Shown one piece after another: positions 38,158-51,542 of a stretch of 64,000 bases of DNA (position 1 is its first letter; every line of letters starts with the position of its first letter). Origin of the DNA: Eledone cirrhosa (Eukaryota); assembly GCA_964016885.1 (NCBI GenBank), contig OZ024743.1, positions 150,350,001-150,414,000 of the forward strand, given 5' to 3'. A model generated the notes under the pieces. The model searched no databases, was not told the origin of the DNA, and saw nothing but the letters and a program-made list of their open reading frames with translations. Made by a program: the position numbers and the translations under genes.

Positions 38158-39213
38158 AAATATGTATGTATGCATTTTATTTATTATCAACGTGTATGTG
38201 TGTGAATGCATGTGTTTATGTATGGGTGTATGTATGTTTATGTGCCAATATACAGAATTGCTTTGTTTGTATAGACAAGAGCCACCTAACTTTTCAATTG
38301 AGTAATCTAAATTTGTACCCAGTCTTGCTAAAATGTCTGCCATGATTCATCTGTTAAAAATGTTTTTTAAAATTTTTTTTTAATTCTTTAGTTTTATCGT
38401 TGAGGGAATTTTCTCTTATATGGCATGGAAGCATTCTCAAATTATGAGAGAGAAAAGTAAGAGAGAGAAAGAGTGGTAGTGAGATAGAGAGAGAGAGAGA
38501 AATGTGTACATGTAGGCATAATGCTAGAAATGCCAGTGGTATAATATGCTTCTCGTGATTATTTAATATTTCCCAGCAACTACATTGATAAATAAATAAT
38601 GAATGAAAAACAAAAGTGACATGCTTTGTATTAGCAAATGGTCTTGAAATAGATAAGACAAAACAAATAAAAGATTGCTTAAAATGAAATGAAATTTTTC
38701 TGGCTGTAACAGCAAGATAGAAAATGTATTCAAACTTTCCTTTATCTATTTATCTTTCCCTTTTCTGTATTTGCATATGTAACATATATATACATATATC
38801 TACATCTCTCACTTTCTCTATCTCTTTCTTTTCCTTCCTATACATTCCCCTTCCACATACATACATACAATCAAATATATGCAGACTGATAGTTACATAT
38901 GTATATATAGATACATACATATATATATATATATATATGAACAAATATATTGGAAGTGTGCATATGGATATTCATCGACACATATACATGCACACACACA
39001 CATGAATATTAAAGTAATATCATTTTGAAATACAATTTAATTTCACATAATGTAGTTGATTTGAGGTGATATGAAGAACAAAAACAAAATAAGAAGCAGA
39101 GATATGCCATTTATAAAAATACAATTGAATTGTATTAAAATAGAAAAGTTTTTTCTCATATATGTACACACACAAATATGTGCATATATATATATATATA
39201 CATACACACACAT

Positions 39214-39300
<87 letters not shown>

Positions 39301-39660
39301 TATAACAGATATCCATAATAAAATGAGAAAGAATACATAGATTTCATATTCCTATAAGTACATGTATGCATGTTTGTGATAATGCACATGCACAAATACA
39401 CAAACATTAAAGTGAAGTCCTGTAGAAATGAGAATAAAACAATACTGAGCTAGCACTCATTGTAGATTCAGTACCTTCTTGTAGCTATAACTCATATACA
39501 TTCACCTAAACATAAACAAGCAATTACACAAATACACACATATATATACACAAATATTCATACACATACACACACATATATATATTTATTTATGTAAACA
39601 TACACACATATAATATAATAAAGAATGGTTTTCCAAAGAGGAATGGAAAGAGACCACAGT

Positions 39661-39725
39661 TAAATGATTTCAAATGAATGAAACAGTTCTAGTCTTTTAG
39701 AAGTCATTTCTATCTCAAATAAATC
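39661..39725 (+). repeat. Decayed HHR-bearing terminal motif, same family as the arms of 56878-57023
   Basis: TAAATGA-T-TTC-AAAT-GAA-T-GAAACAGTTCTAGTC..AGAAGTCATTTCTA. Confidence 0.55.
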
Positions 39726-40215
39726 ATATATACACATGTACATATATATATATATATATATATATAAATATATGTTTGTACTCATAGATATTTGTATACA
39801 TGAAGGGATAGCTGTTCTGTATTTTTTATATTGAAAACACAATAGTGATTTAGTTTTATCTCTTTTAGCAATGATTTTTTTATATTTTCATAAAATGTTC
39901 TTGCAGTCTATTTACAACAGTAAAATTTCTATATCCATTATCATTAGTAGCACATATGAACTGATAAACAATAACATTACTAACAGTTGTAAAAATAATA
40001 CTAATTATTCTTTAAATTCTATAGAGTTGAAATCCTAATTCTAAGAAAAAAATTAGAAATAAAATAACTAAATAAACTTATGATTCATGATATGTTTTTT
40101 TAATATCCCGACATCTATACTCATAGACCTAATTAAAGCTGAATTAGGAATTATCAGTACACATTTTAGATAGAACTAACAACATTCAGAAAGGTTCACT
40201 GGAACAGTACATCAG

Positions 40216-40381
40216 CAGTGTTGGATTTAAGACAAATGAGACCCTGTGCTAGTTAAGTTATGAGGCGCAAAACATTTCAAAAATTCATCGTAAAAAAAAT
40301 TTTTTGCAGGAAGATGCCTCCAACTGGCCAATGGGACCCCGTGCTTAGGCATACCTAAGCACAATGGTAAATCTGGCACTG
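40216..40381. mobile_element. hAT MITE
   Basis: TIRs CAGTGTTGGATTTA / TAAATCTGGCACTG; perfect 8-bp TSD TACATCAG (40208-40215, 40382-40389). Confidence 0.9.
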
Positions 40382-41305
40382 TACATCAGTCATAAATTGT
40401 TCAGAAATCTCAACAATGAGCAGAACTGCATATTTACTCAATTCCATTTCACATACTATTTACTTTCTGTAATTAAACCTTTACCTTGAAATTTAGAAAT
40501 TAACAAAAATGGGCTCTGTAGTATAATATAAACAATAGATTCTTATGTGCTTAACATTTCATTTTTTAACCATCTAAAACAGTCTGCCCATGCCCATCAT
40601 GTTCTATAGTTTCTTTGGATATTTTTTTACAGTATGCTAGGTGAAAAGACTTTGCTGGTCCTAATTTCATCTCTACATTTTCTGGAAGAAAAGATGACTG
40701 TGACTGATGTCCAACATCAATTTAATAGTACAGCATAATCATCTAACCTGATTTGAAGTTAAATATTTATTTGAAAAGAGGACATACCATCACCATCATT
40801 TAAGGTCTATTTTCCATGCTCGTATATATTAGATGGATTGTCATGTTCTGAGGCTAGACTAGTCTAGTGCATAAGCTTCATCTTTGGCATGGTTTCTTCA
40901 GCTGGAAGCCCTTCTTAATGCCAACCAGCATGTACTGGGAGCATTTTATTGTGGTAACAGTGCAACGGAGTATTTGAAAACTTTCAATGTTGTTTTTTTT
41001 TAAATGCTATTGTAATGACAGAAATTTGTTCTAGAAATGGCTGGGATAAGTTTGTATTCAATATATAGTAAGAAGGAGGAAGTTGCTTCAATGTATTGTG
41101 TGTAGTGTGCTTGTGTTAATGTTGTTTGATATACCTATGGTTGTTTTAGCTACTCTTAAATCATATGAAAATACATTCTGAACAAGGCTGTGTTAACTGT
41201 CATAATCATGAAACCATCCACATCAAAAAAAAATATCTATTACAAAATTAATGTTAAAGTGTATTAGCCAAATAACTATAAAATATTTTCTAAACTTACA
41301 ATGTA

Positions 41306-41347
<42 letters not shown>

Positions 41348-42001
41348 AAAGGAAGTGAAAATGTTCTTAGAAAAATGTATTGAAGAACATTATTATATGA
41401 AAAAATTATATTTAAGAAAAGTAGTATTTTATATTGTAAAATATCTTATTTAAATAAGTATACTAGGGTGTAATAAAACAAATAATGGTAATAAGAATTT
41501 ATAAGTATAAAAAGGGAGATTCATTCTATTCCAGATGATGCAAAATATTAAGATAAAATCATTTAAGTAAAGAAAAAGCTAGGCTGAGGGAGATGAGATT
41601 TTGGAAAAGTATAATATAGTCTTTCTTTGTACAAAGAGTAAGATAAAAAAAAAACAAATCTTTGAACAAGTAAAAAAAGGGTTAAATATGTTAGGAATGC
41701 GATAATTTATCTAATCAAACGAATTACAGATGTTTAAAAGGCATGTGTTTTGTATCTAACGATGAATTTATTTAATTAAACGATGTTTGAAAATTAATTG
41801 TTGTTAAACTTTGTTAATATTATTTTTAAAATATTATGATTTAAAGAACTAAACAACTTGAGATTATTTACGATAGTTAACGGAAATATATCAGTTATAT
41901 TTTTTTATAAAAACTTTCAAGAAATTATTAATAAGATATTTTGGTTGTAGAAGAGCCTTGAAAAGAAAAATCAGTAAAGTACACAAGTTTATAGTAAATA
42001 G

Positions 42002-42148
42002 TGATTTCTGATTTAGGCACAAAGTCAACTATTTTGGGGGGAAAGAACGTTGATTAAATCGTTCCCAGTATCTTATTGGTACTTTATTTTATCGACCTCC
42101 ATAAGGATGATAGGCAAAACTAACCACGGCAGGATTTGAACTCAGAAT
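42002..42148 (-). mobile_element. SINE family A, older truncated copy
   Basis: Similar to 15535-15750. Confidence 0.75.
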
Positions 42149-42504
42149 ATAGACCATTATACATCTATATTGCAGCTTCCATGCCTTTCTTCACCAGATT
42201 AGTTTTTGTCTCTGAGAGTTTGTCTAGCACTTTACAATACAAATTAAAGTAAATTAAATTACAAATTTTAAAAAAAATGTCATCATCAGAACAACTTCCA
42301 TTTCAGATTTTCGAAACAGAATTTGAATTAAATTTATTCAAATCCTAATTGTGATCTGATCTGCCATGTACAACAGGAAAACCATTAGATTAAATTAGAT
42401 TAGTTACCAACAAATATAGTTAATTAATATGAACTTACAAAAGATATGATTGCCTGTTAGCTTTGGAAGAATGTTTTAGTAACATTTCATATAGGACATA
42501 TACA

Positions 42505-42535
<31 letters not shown>

Positions 42536-42542
<7 letters not shown>

Positions 42543-42721
42543 GTCAGTTGAAAAGTTCATAGGTTTGGAATAACCAAATGAGGTTTATTTTTCAACATAG
42601 TCCCTTGAAAGAAACAATGCAATTACTAATAAGAAGAGTTGAAGTTAATGCATGCAAGATTTCACAGCTCTAGCATTACTCCTTCATAGACAGCCTATGA
42701 ACTTTTCAGCCTACCATTGTA
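42536..42721. mobile_element. mariner-type MITE
   Basis: TIR cores TGAAAAGTTCATAGG / CCTATGAACTTTTCA, TA flanks; inverted second copy at 52642-52858. Confidence 0.8.
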
Positions 42722-42723
42722 TG

Positions 42724-42770
<47 letters not shown>

Positions 42771-42774
42771 ACAA

Positions 42775-44560
42775 ATTGTTAGATTTTGGCCACTATTGGC
42801 CCAGGTCATGTCTAACGTAATAGCACCACACAGTCATGTTTTGGGCACCATAGCCAACACTAATAAAGAGTTATTATTTTTGCAGACATATATGAGTGTA
42901 GGGGGTTTGTCCAGAATTATTTTGAGGAATTTGTCTAGGGTCATTTTGAATTTTATGGTATCTGTTTCTGTTCTGATGTCTTTCTGTATGATATCAAAGA
43001 TAGTAGGAGTTAAGGTGAAATAGTTGTGTCATAATGTTGTTATGAGATGCGAGTTTGCTTTTTATAGTGGGCAGATAGCACGGGAACCAAACCATGGGTG
43101 GATATCAAAGTTGATGCCAACATCATTTGGTCAATGTTGATGGAATATTTTCCACATCATACAGTTGATATAGTTTTCACAGCAGTGTTGGAGAGAGTAG
43201 AATTTGAGATTTTCTAGTTGATCCCAATAGTCAAGGCTTGTCATGTTGTCTATCTTTTTTTGTGATTGACAACTGGGACAGAATTTTCATAATACTTTGT
43301 TTCATGTGAGAAGACCACACTGGGAATCACTATTCAAGGAGGGGCTGAACAAAGGTAAAGAAGAGAATGATAATAGTATGGATATTTCTCAACCAGAAAG
43401 TTCTAAGAATCCAGGATCACATCCTGTGAGTCATGTCAACTTCGTTATTTAACTGAGTGTTTCAGCTTAAGTTGCTATCAACAACACAGAGATCTGTTGT
43501 GTTGTTGGATGCCATGAGGGATTCACTTGAGGGAAGAGAATATGGTAACGTCAGTGTATCCTCTTTTCCAAAGTGGTTTAGTTCAAATTTATCATTGTTT
43601 AGTAGCATATTGTTTTCTTTTCCCCCATTGGAAAACAGCAAGCAGATCCAATTGAAGGCATGACTGATCTTCTATTCCATTGATGATCTTCTTATGTTGC
43701 CTTGCTTGAAGAGGTCTATAATGTTATTGTTATAGATAATGAAAAGATGTGGGCAAACACAGTGCCTTAAGGGATGCCACTACTTACTTTGGCTGGGCTT
43801 TGACTACAACATGTTGGGATCTGTTTGTCAGGAAACACTTAATCCATTGTAGTAACTTTCCACATACACTAATTTAGGATAGTATCTTCAACAGGATACT
43901 GTAATTAACCCTGTCAAAGCCATTGCAGAAATCAATTGAGGGGAGTGAGTTATCATGATCTCACCACCCTCTCAAATACCTTAATGATATGAGTGGTGAG
44001 TGAGATCAGATGGCAATTCACTGCAAGGGTATTGTTTCTCTTTTTAAAAACAGATGTGACAGACTAGGACACAAAGTTTTCAGAAATATATCCTGTGTCC
44101 AGTGAGTTTCTCCATATATTAGCTAGAGGAGATGCAAGTTGGTATCAATCCTTCTTCAGGACACTAACAGGGAACTTACCAGTGCCTATTGCTGAGTTGA
44201 ATTTAATTTTGTGTATTGCTGCTAAGTTAAAAGGGGCACCAAACATTATGTCATGTATAGTGTGTTGGGGGGTTAACATCACTGATACAACCCAGATAGG
44301 CCATATCAGAATGGCTGAAAACAGAGCAGGATTGTTTCTACAGTATCTTACCCATAGTTTTAGCATCATCATGAAGAATGTTATTTTCCTCAGTCAGAGG
44401 GCAAACAGTAGAGAAAATGACCTCATGTTTTTTTGGTAAATGAAAAGAACACTTTGGGATTGAGTTTGATTTTTCTCAATGGCTGATTCCATTTCGGCTG
44501 TTCTTTGGTTATTGATGATGGTCATCAAACACTTTAGATGATAATCATGCAGTGCAATAG
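42775..44560 (-). mobile_element. CR1-clade LINE remnant (RT to 3' end)
   Basis: IDFCNGFDRVNYSILL..GKLLQWIKCFLTNRSQ..SSGIP*GTV; WGKENNMLLNNDKFE; FKMTLDKFLKIILDKP. Confidence 0.8.
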
Positions 44561-44758
44561 CAGTCGAATTGGTGTGTTTCTGCAGGGAGTATTTTTATTT
44601 GTTGATTTTTTGTTAATTCTTTTTTTATTTTTCTAATAAAAGCTTTTCAATTTTAAGTATTCTGCACTCAGTTTCGTTCACAGATCTTGATGGAGTATGT
44701 TTTTACACATATATATATAACAAGTATCTGCCTAAATATTTTGATGTGTGAGAGATTA

Positions 44759-46464
44759 CACCATGTAACATATTTTTTGTTCCCCGGTTCTAAATGTCAT
44801 TTCATGGTTTGTCATGTGGTTGTAGTCCAGGTTGCATTCCCGCACTAGCCCCCAGATATAGTGCCCCATCATTTTTTCATTATAGTGGCCCTGCTACCTC
44901 CGCTCTATCTCTTTCACATCTTGGTGGAATCGTTCGCCTTGTACTTCTGAGTAGGCGCCAATATTGTCCTTGAATTTTTCCAGGTGAGCGTCCAGCATAT
45001 GGAGTTTAAGCGACATCCTACATCCCTTGGCGCCAAAATCTTTTATCAGATCCTTCACCAGTTGCTGGTAGTTTTCAGCTCTGTAGTTGCCCAGGAAGCC
45101 CTTAACAACTGCCTTGAAACAGTTCCATGCTGTTCTCTCAATCCTATTGAGCTTATTGGAGAACTCGGTAGACTCAAACACCTTCTTTATCTGGGGTCCA
45201 ACAAAAATTCCACCTTTGATTTTGGCCTCAGATAACATGGGGAAGAACTCAAGAAGGTACTTAAAAGCGGCTGATTCTTGGTTGAGAGCCTTCACAAACT
45301 GCTTCATCAACCCCAACTTAATGTGCAGTGGCGGCATGAGCACAATCCTGGGATCAACCAGTGGCTCCCACACAACGTTCCTGGTCCCAACTACAAATTC
45401 TGTTCGCTGCTCCCAGTTCTTTCTTTTGTAGTGGTCAGAGGTGGCTCTGCTGTCCCAAAGGCAGAGGAAGCATTGGAATTTGATAAAGCCTCCTTGGAGT
45501 CCAAGCAGGAAAGCCACCATCTTGAAGTCTCCAATGATTTCCCAATTGTACTGGTTGTATTGCAGAGCTTCCAAGAGGACTTTCACACTGTAGTAATCTT
45601 CCTTCAGGCAGACTGAATGAGCTAGGGGCAGTGTCGGGAACTTATTTCCATTTTGGAGGAGGACAGCCTTCAAACTTGTGGTGGAGCTGTCTTTAAATAG
45701 CCACCACTCCTTGGGCACGCCAATAACATCAAACAGTCCAGGCACATCATGGCAGAAGCAGAGGCCATCCCTAAGAGTGTAAAAAGCCTGAGAAAGGTTT
45801 GTGTCGACTTCTCTGACATGTCACCTGCACTTCCTCCTTGATCAAGTTGTACTCCATCCTGGAGACGAATAGCTCTGCATTGAACTTGGTCAGACCCATA
45901 TCTCTGACCAAGTCATTGACTTCTTTTTGGTTTGGGAAGGGAGGAACTTTTTCTGGTACCTCAGGCAGGTAATCCAAGTCCTCAGCATCCATCTCCTCCT
46001 CTTCATCAGAATACTTGTCTTGGAAAATAAATTTGATATGCAATACAAAATAAATATTGGAAAGGGAAATACATATTTAAATAATATCAAAGAACACTAA
46101 TCATACTAATGAAAATTTGTGCTTAAAACACAACTTACCCTTTATTCAGGGTGCGAAAATCCATTTTTTAACAATTTTATACTTTATTGCACTTTTATAA
46201 TTTTCTTTAGGTATTACTCTTTATTTTATAATTTTAATTTAACCTGAAACATATATAAAAAAAATCATTTAACATAAGCAAATTAAACTTACATACAACA
46301 TAAAATCCAGCATACAAATAATTCTAGTGAATAGCTTAGAATTTTTACAAACCCAAACTTTTAACTGTTTAATAGCACTTTTTTTATTTATTTGGGACCT
46401 AAGCAACACAAAAAAAGTGATTACAAGCCAGGAACAGAGAAAAAATGTTTTTTTGTTACACGTG
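44759..46464 (-). mobile_element. Chapaev3 (CMC) DNA transposon, internally deleted; transposase core 44894-45745
   Basis: DSSTTSLKAVLL.NGN, IGDFKM, CFLCLWDSRA, PPLHIKLGLMKQFVKAL, GIFVGPQI, MSLKLHMLDAH, QGERFHQD; ends CACCATGTAAC.. / ..GTTACACGTG, each flanked by TTA. Confidence 0.88.
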
Positions 46465-46693
46465 TTATTAGTGATTGCATCCCAGTTTGCATACACACAC
46501 ACGCATACACACACACAAACAGATGATTGACTTTTAATTCAACAACAGGTTGGCACAAGTGTTCCAGTTAGCAGAGAAATCTATGAGTATGCAGGTATGG
46601 TAAGCAGCATATATTCTAGTCATTAGAAATAGGAAAATGAATGCTTCACCTTCGATATGAGGATGACTCAAGAAAAAGAAGATATATATATAT

Positions 46694-46695
<2 letters not shown>

Positions 46696-46771
<76 letters not shown>
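46696..46771. repeat. (GT)n microsatellite
   Basis: Directly visible. Confidence 0.95.
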
Positions 46772-46773
<2 letters not shown>

Positions 46774-47500
46774 TGTAAGCAGATTTCACTCCTTGGTTCT
46801 CCAGTGTTGTGAATAGTGAGATGAACTTGATGGAGTCAAATACCTTTTCATAGTCAATGAAGATAAAGCAGAGAGGGAAGTTGTGTTCATTTGCCTTCTC
46901 TTGTAATTGACTAACTACCTGGATGTGATCTGTTGTTGAGAATTCTGACATGATTCTCTTGGTTGGTGCAGTACTAATATACCGACATCCTCCTAAGTAG
47001 GGTGTAATACAAGACCTTGTAAATGGTGGATAGGAAGCTGATTGGGTGGTAGTTTCTGAGGTCTGCTTTATCACCTTTCTTGTAGCTTAGGATATTACAC
47101 CATTCTTCCATCTGTAGTATACTTGCAGTGATATTGTCATTGTCTGGTACCTTGTCTTTCTTTAATCATTTAAAGCTTGCTCTTGTCTCTGATAGAATGA
47201 TAGGAGGAGGCCCTGTTGATATTATTGAGATTTTGTTGCTGGAGAATGGTTGATCCTTTGACTGTCTTGTGATGTATAGTTCGCTATAGAATTCTTCACA
47301 CCATTATATAAGCCAATTAAGGTCAGTGATGCTTTCTTTTGATTGGATTCAATCCTTTATCCACTTCCAAGACTTTGAGCTGTCACTCATCGTCATATCC
47401 TGTGACATCTTGTGACTTTGCAGATTTCAGAGTGCTCAGCCTTTTGGGTGCCTGTCCTACATTTCCTCATCTGTGCTTGGCTGGGCAGCTTATTGTAAGA
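46772..47500 (-). mobile_element. RTE fragment (early RT)
   Basis: FSTTDHIQVVSQLQEKANEHNFPLCFIFIDYEKVFDSI. Confidence 0.8.
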
Positions 47501-47529
47501 TTTGTAACATCACTAGAAGTCCCAAGTGA

Positions 47530-47975
47530 ATAATCAAAATTAAAAGAAAGCTGTTTAATGAATATGTTCTTACGGAAGTGAGACATGGACATTCAACTTC
47601 ACCGCTGCAAAGATTCTTGCCCAACATAAAATGGAGCGAATTATGCTCAGCATCACTTTACATGACAGGAAGAACAACACCTGAATTCAACAGCAAACTG
47701 GAATGAAGGGCATAATCATGACCATCAAGAAAGACAAATATAGTTGGGCTGGCCATGTCTCTCGTTTCAGAGATAACATATGGATTATTAGAGTTACAGT
47801 GTTGACATGACGGTAGTTGAGAAGAACCAGGGGGTGGCTAAAAGCTAGATGGTATGAAATTCTGACCAAACACCTCTGTTCCATATAACCCAATATGGCC
47901 AGAGATAGGAAGCGGTATAGGTCAATCAGTTTGGAGTTCTTCCAAAATGAGTGAGAAGGCCCTGGATTTGTGATA
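47530..47975 (+). mobile_element. RTE 3' fragment, inverted relative to 46772-47500
   Basis: GSETWT..QHKMERIMLSI..KYSWAGHVSR..ARWYE..NMARDR. Confidence 0.75.
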
Positions 47976-47978
47976 TAT

Positions 47979-48010
<32 letters not shown>

Positions 48011-48418
48011 TTTAACATCGGCATTCCCTGCCTTGCTACTTTGTTCCTCCGGCTGATATATGATGTACATACAGCAAAAGCCCACAATTCATCTCCACAT
48101 TTATCAGTCTTGAGCAAGTTTTAGAGCCTTTTTGTCATTGTTTTTCACAGGTCTTCTTTCACAGTTGCCAAGTGATTATTAGTCTACCACTAGGTCTCTT
48201 GCCCTCAGGTGGTATCCAGTTCATGGAAATCCAAAATTGATGGAGGGTGTAAACATTCCATGCTGCAAATGGTTGTTTAAGCATGGAAGATTTGAGTGGT
48301 CAGGATACTGGTTCCCTTTCGACTTGGACCAGCAACTATCATTAACATATCAGTTGAAGGTATCTCAGCTGAACTATTCCTAATTTGATTCATGTGTTTT
48401 CTTTTTGTAGCTTCTGTT

Positions 48419-48462
<44 letters not shown>

Positions 48463-49271
48463 CACACACAATGACCACCACATGAATGTGCAGTTGACCC
48501 TGTACACACTCAGCCAGCTAACGCTACCAATACTCACTAACCCTTCACAACTATGGCTGGAATACCCGCCCTTATTACAACTAACACCAGTTAACATTAC
48601 TAACTCACCCCAAAACACATGCGAGTACATATATATTTATATGTACTTGTACATCTGTGCATGCACACATTACTGACACTACTGCCATCACCACCACCAC
48701 AAACAGCGTATAGACACACACTTTGACACAATCACATCCACCATCCACTCCATTACCTTAATCACCACCTGCACCATCTCCTTCACCACCACCATCCCTG
48801 CCTATACCACCACTGCCATTGCCACTCCATCCGTACATTCGCTCTGGCAGCTCCCACTCTGCCACACCGATTATTGCTCCCACACCCAGCACATTATCAA
48901 CTCCCTCACCTACCACACACTCCTTCAACCTCACTCCCTATGCGTATTTTTATTCCAGTGTGCTACCTCAGCAAATGAAACAGCATGTATTATATCTTGT
49001 TTAATTTCTCTTAGCTCTTGAAGAATTAAACTCCCCTGAAGAGTATGGCAAATTCATCAATTATTGGTGGTTCCAATAAGAATTCTTATAAGAATTTTAG
49101 GGAGATCTATATATAAGTGAGTTTAGATAGAATACATTTTTTATCTATCTTGTTTGTATTCTCATAATTAGAGTGTTTTTTCACTTAATTTTAATATATG
49201 ATATTGCTTCTCTTTCTGACATTGAGATGTTTAAGTACTAGAGACTAATTAACCTTTAATTAATATATATA

Positions 49272-50325
49272 TCATCATCATCATCATCATCAACGTTTAA
49301 CGTCCGTGTTCCACGCTTGCATGGGTTTGGACGGGGGTTTTCCCACTTGAGGCAAGAGTGATTGTCATTGCTCACATAGGACTGTCTGGCGGGTTTTCTA
49401 CAGTTGGATGCCCTTCCTAACACCAACCACATTTACAGTGTGGGGCTGGGAGGTTTTTACCGTGTTGCCTACACGGCCACATTACAGCGTGGACTGTGTG
49501 TTTTTTTGTCGTGACACCTACACGATCTCATTTGTTTCGGCCTGGATGTTGTGGCACCAACATAACTTTACATAGAAGGGAGCGGTGTGGATGGGGTGGG
49601 GTGGGTGGGACGGGGTGTATTTTGTTAGAGATGCCTACTGACTGTAGTAGGTTTTACTATGTATTTAGGTAATGCGGGTCTTCTCTATTACTGAGTACCG
49701 CCAAAGGTCTCGGTCCAGTGACATTGTCTTGGAGAGGTGTAAGTGTGTGAGGTCGGAGTTTATCAGCTCGTCCCAGGTTTTTCTGGGTCTGCCTATTCCG
49801 TGGCTACTGTCTATCTTTATTGCCCTGCACTTTGTTATACAGCTATTGTCTTTCATGTGCATCACGTGTCCATACCAACGTAGTCTTCTCGCGAGTAAAC
49901 AACATCTGATCCCTCTTATTTCTAATTTTTTCCTTAGTTCATTTATGCTTTGCCGTTCACGTATATTACTATTACACATCCAGCGGAGCATGCAAGCTTC
50001 GTTCCTCTCTAGTCTGCGTATATCCTCTGCGCACAATGCCCAGGTCTCACTGCCATGCAGCATTGCTGTTCGTATGCAGGCATCATACAACCTGCCTTTC
50101 ATTTTTAGGGAGAACCCTTTAGCGGCTAATAGTGGTATAAGCTCTCTGAACTTTTTCCATCCAGTTCTGACTCTAGCTACTGTACTTTCAGAGCACCCTC
50201 CCCCACTGCTGATTTTGTCACCCAGGTAACGGAAGCTGTCCACTATTTCTATTGAGCCCTCTGCGCAGTTGAAAGAGCTAGTATTTTGTGGGCACTTGCT
50301 GCTACTTATTGCACCAGAGCACCGG
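49272..50325 (-). mobile_element. Young 5'-truncated RTE with complete 3'UTR and (TGA)n tail
   Basis: Open 192-aa ORF 49665-50243 (FRYLGD, MLHGSETW, RRLRWYGHV, GRPRKTW); 3' end CGGACGTTAAACGTTGATGATG. Confidence 0.92.
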
Positions 50326-50328
50326 CAT

Positions 50329-50445
50329 ATATGAATAAAGTTAGTCCTTCATTAGTGATCTTCCAACCATCATTGGTATTTCATAAGTGATGAAATACCA
50401 ATGATGGTTGGAAGATCACTGATGAAGGACTAACTTTATTCATAT
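50329..50445. repeat. Near-perfect palindrome (56-bp arms, 5-nt loop)
   Basis: ATATGAATAAAGTTAGTCCTTCATTAGTGATCTTCCAACCATCATTGGTATTTCAT-AAGTG-ATGAAATACC..CTGATGAAGGACTAACTTTATTCATAT, 1 mismatch. Confidence 0.95.
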
Positions 50446-50477
50446 GTAACCCATTCACAACCACGCAGCACATTTAT

Positions 50478-50517
<40 letters not shown>

Positions 50518-50723
50518 ATCTATGTATCTATCTATGTATATGTATATAACTTTGATAACTTTGATAGGTTTCGGCCTGTATTGGCCCAGGCCATGTCTAA
50601 CTTAATAGCACCTCCTGGCTAATATATATATATATATATCATCTTCATCATCATCATCATTTTACCTTCGCATCTCCATGCTTGCATGGGTTGATATATA
50701 TATATATGTATATGTATGTATGT

Positions 50724-51030
50724 ATGGCTTAGTTAGTGGTTAGATCATTGGGCTTGCAATTGTGATGTTGGGAATTCGATTCTTGGACCTGGTGATATTC
50801 TGTCTCCTTCAGCAAGACACTTTATTTCACATTACTCCAGTTCACTTAGCTATAAAAATGAGTTGTGATGTCACTGGTGCAAAGCTCTATTGGCAATTAT
50901 TAACCTATGGACAACATTGGAAGCATGAAGAAGGGAAACTTTCACAAACAACCTTGCCTGGACTTGTGCCTCAGAAGAGAACTTTCTAAGTGCAAATCCC
51001 ATGGAAGGAGGGCTTTACCCTTACCCTTTT
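50724..51030 (+). mobile_element. SINE with a family-B-like head and a different 3' half
   Basis: TGGCTTAG..AGTGGTTAG..GAATTCGATTC..CAAGACACTTTATTTCACATT. Confidence 0.65.
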
Positions 51031-51076
51031 ATGTATACCATTTATGTAAGTATGTATCATCATCATCATTATCATC

Positions 51077-51442
51077 ATTTTATGTCCGCTTTTCCCTGCT
51101 TGCAAGGGTGGGACGGTAACTGATTCTGGCTTGATTTCTACAGCTGGATGCCCTTCCTAACACCAACCTCATTTACAGTGAGTGCTGGGTGCTTTTTTGC
51201 TGTGGCGCCTATATGTCCACTTTACAGTGTGGGCTGGGTGTTTTTTTGCTGTGACGCCTCCACGACCACTTTGCAGTGGAATGATAGGGACCCCAGTCCC
51301 TATCATCTCATTTCTATAGCTGAGTAAACTGGAGCAATGTGAAATAAAGTGTCTTGCTCAAGGAAACAAAACATCACCTGCTCTGAGAATTGAACTCACA
51401 ACCTTTCAATTGCAAGGCCAATGCTCTAACCACTAAGCCTCC

Positions 51443-51443
<1 letters not shown>
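51077..51443 (-). mobile_element. SINE family B copy
   Basis: Matches 19846-20168, with an internal ~50-bp duplication. Confidence 0.87.
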
Positions 51444-51490
<47 letters not shown>

Positions 51491-51542
51491 GTGTGTGTGT
51501 GTGTGTGTGTGTATATATGCACACATTTATTATGTATTTATG

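Noticed and set aside
44984-45616. Plus-strand ORFs overlapping the transposase
   Set aside because: Antisense shadows of the Chapaev3 coding sequence
50547-50620. GGCC-AATACA-GGCC-GAAAC (minus) as a hammerhead
   Set aside because: No CTGANGA upstream; it matches the 3' end of the CR1 at ~42780-42830 and ends in 9-bp tandem repeats (TATCAAAGT), so it is a CR1 3' stem-loop
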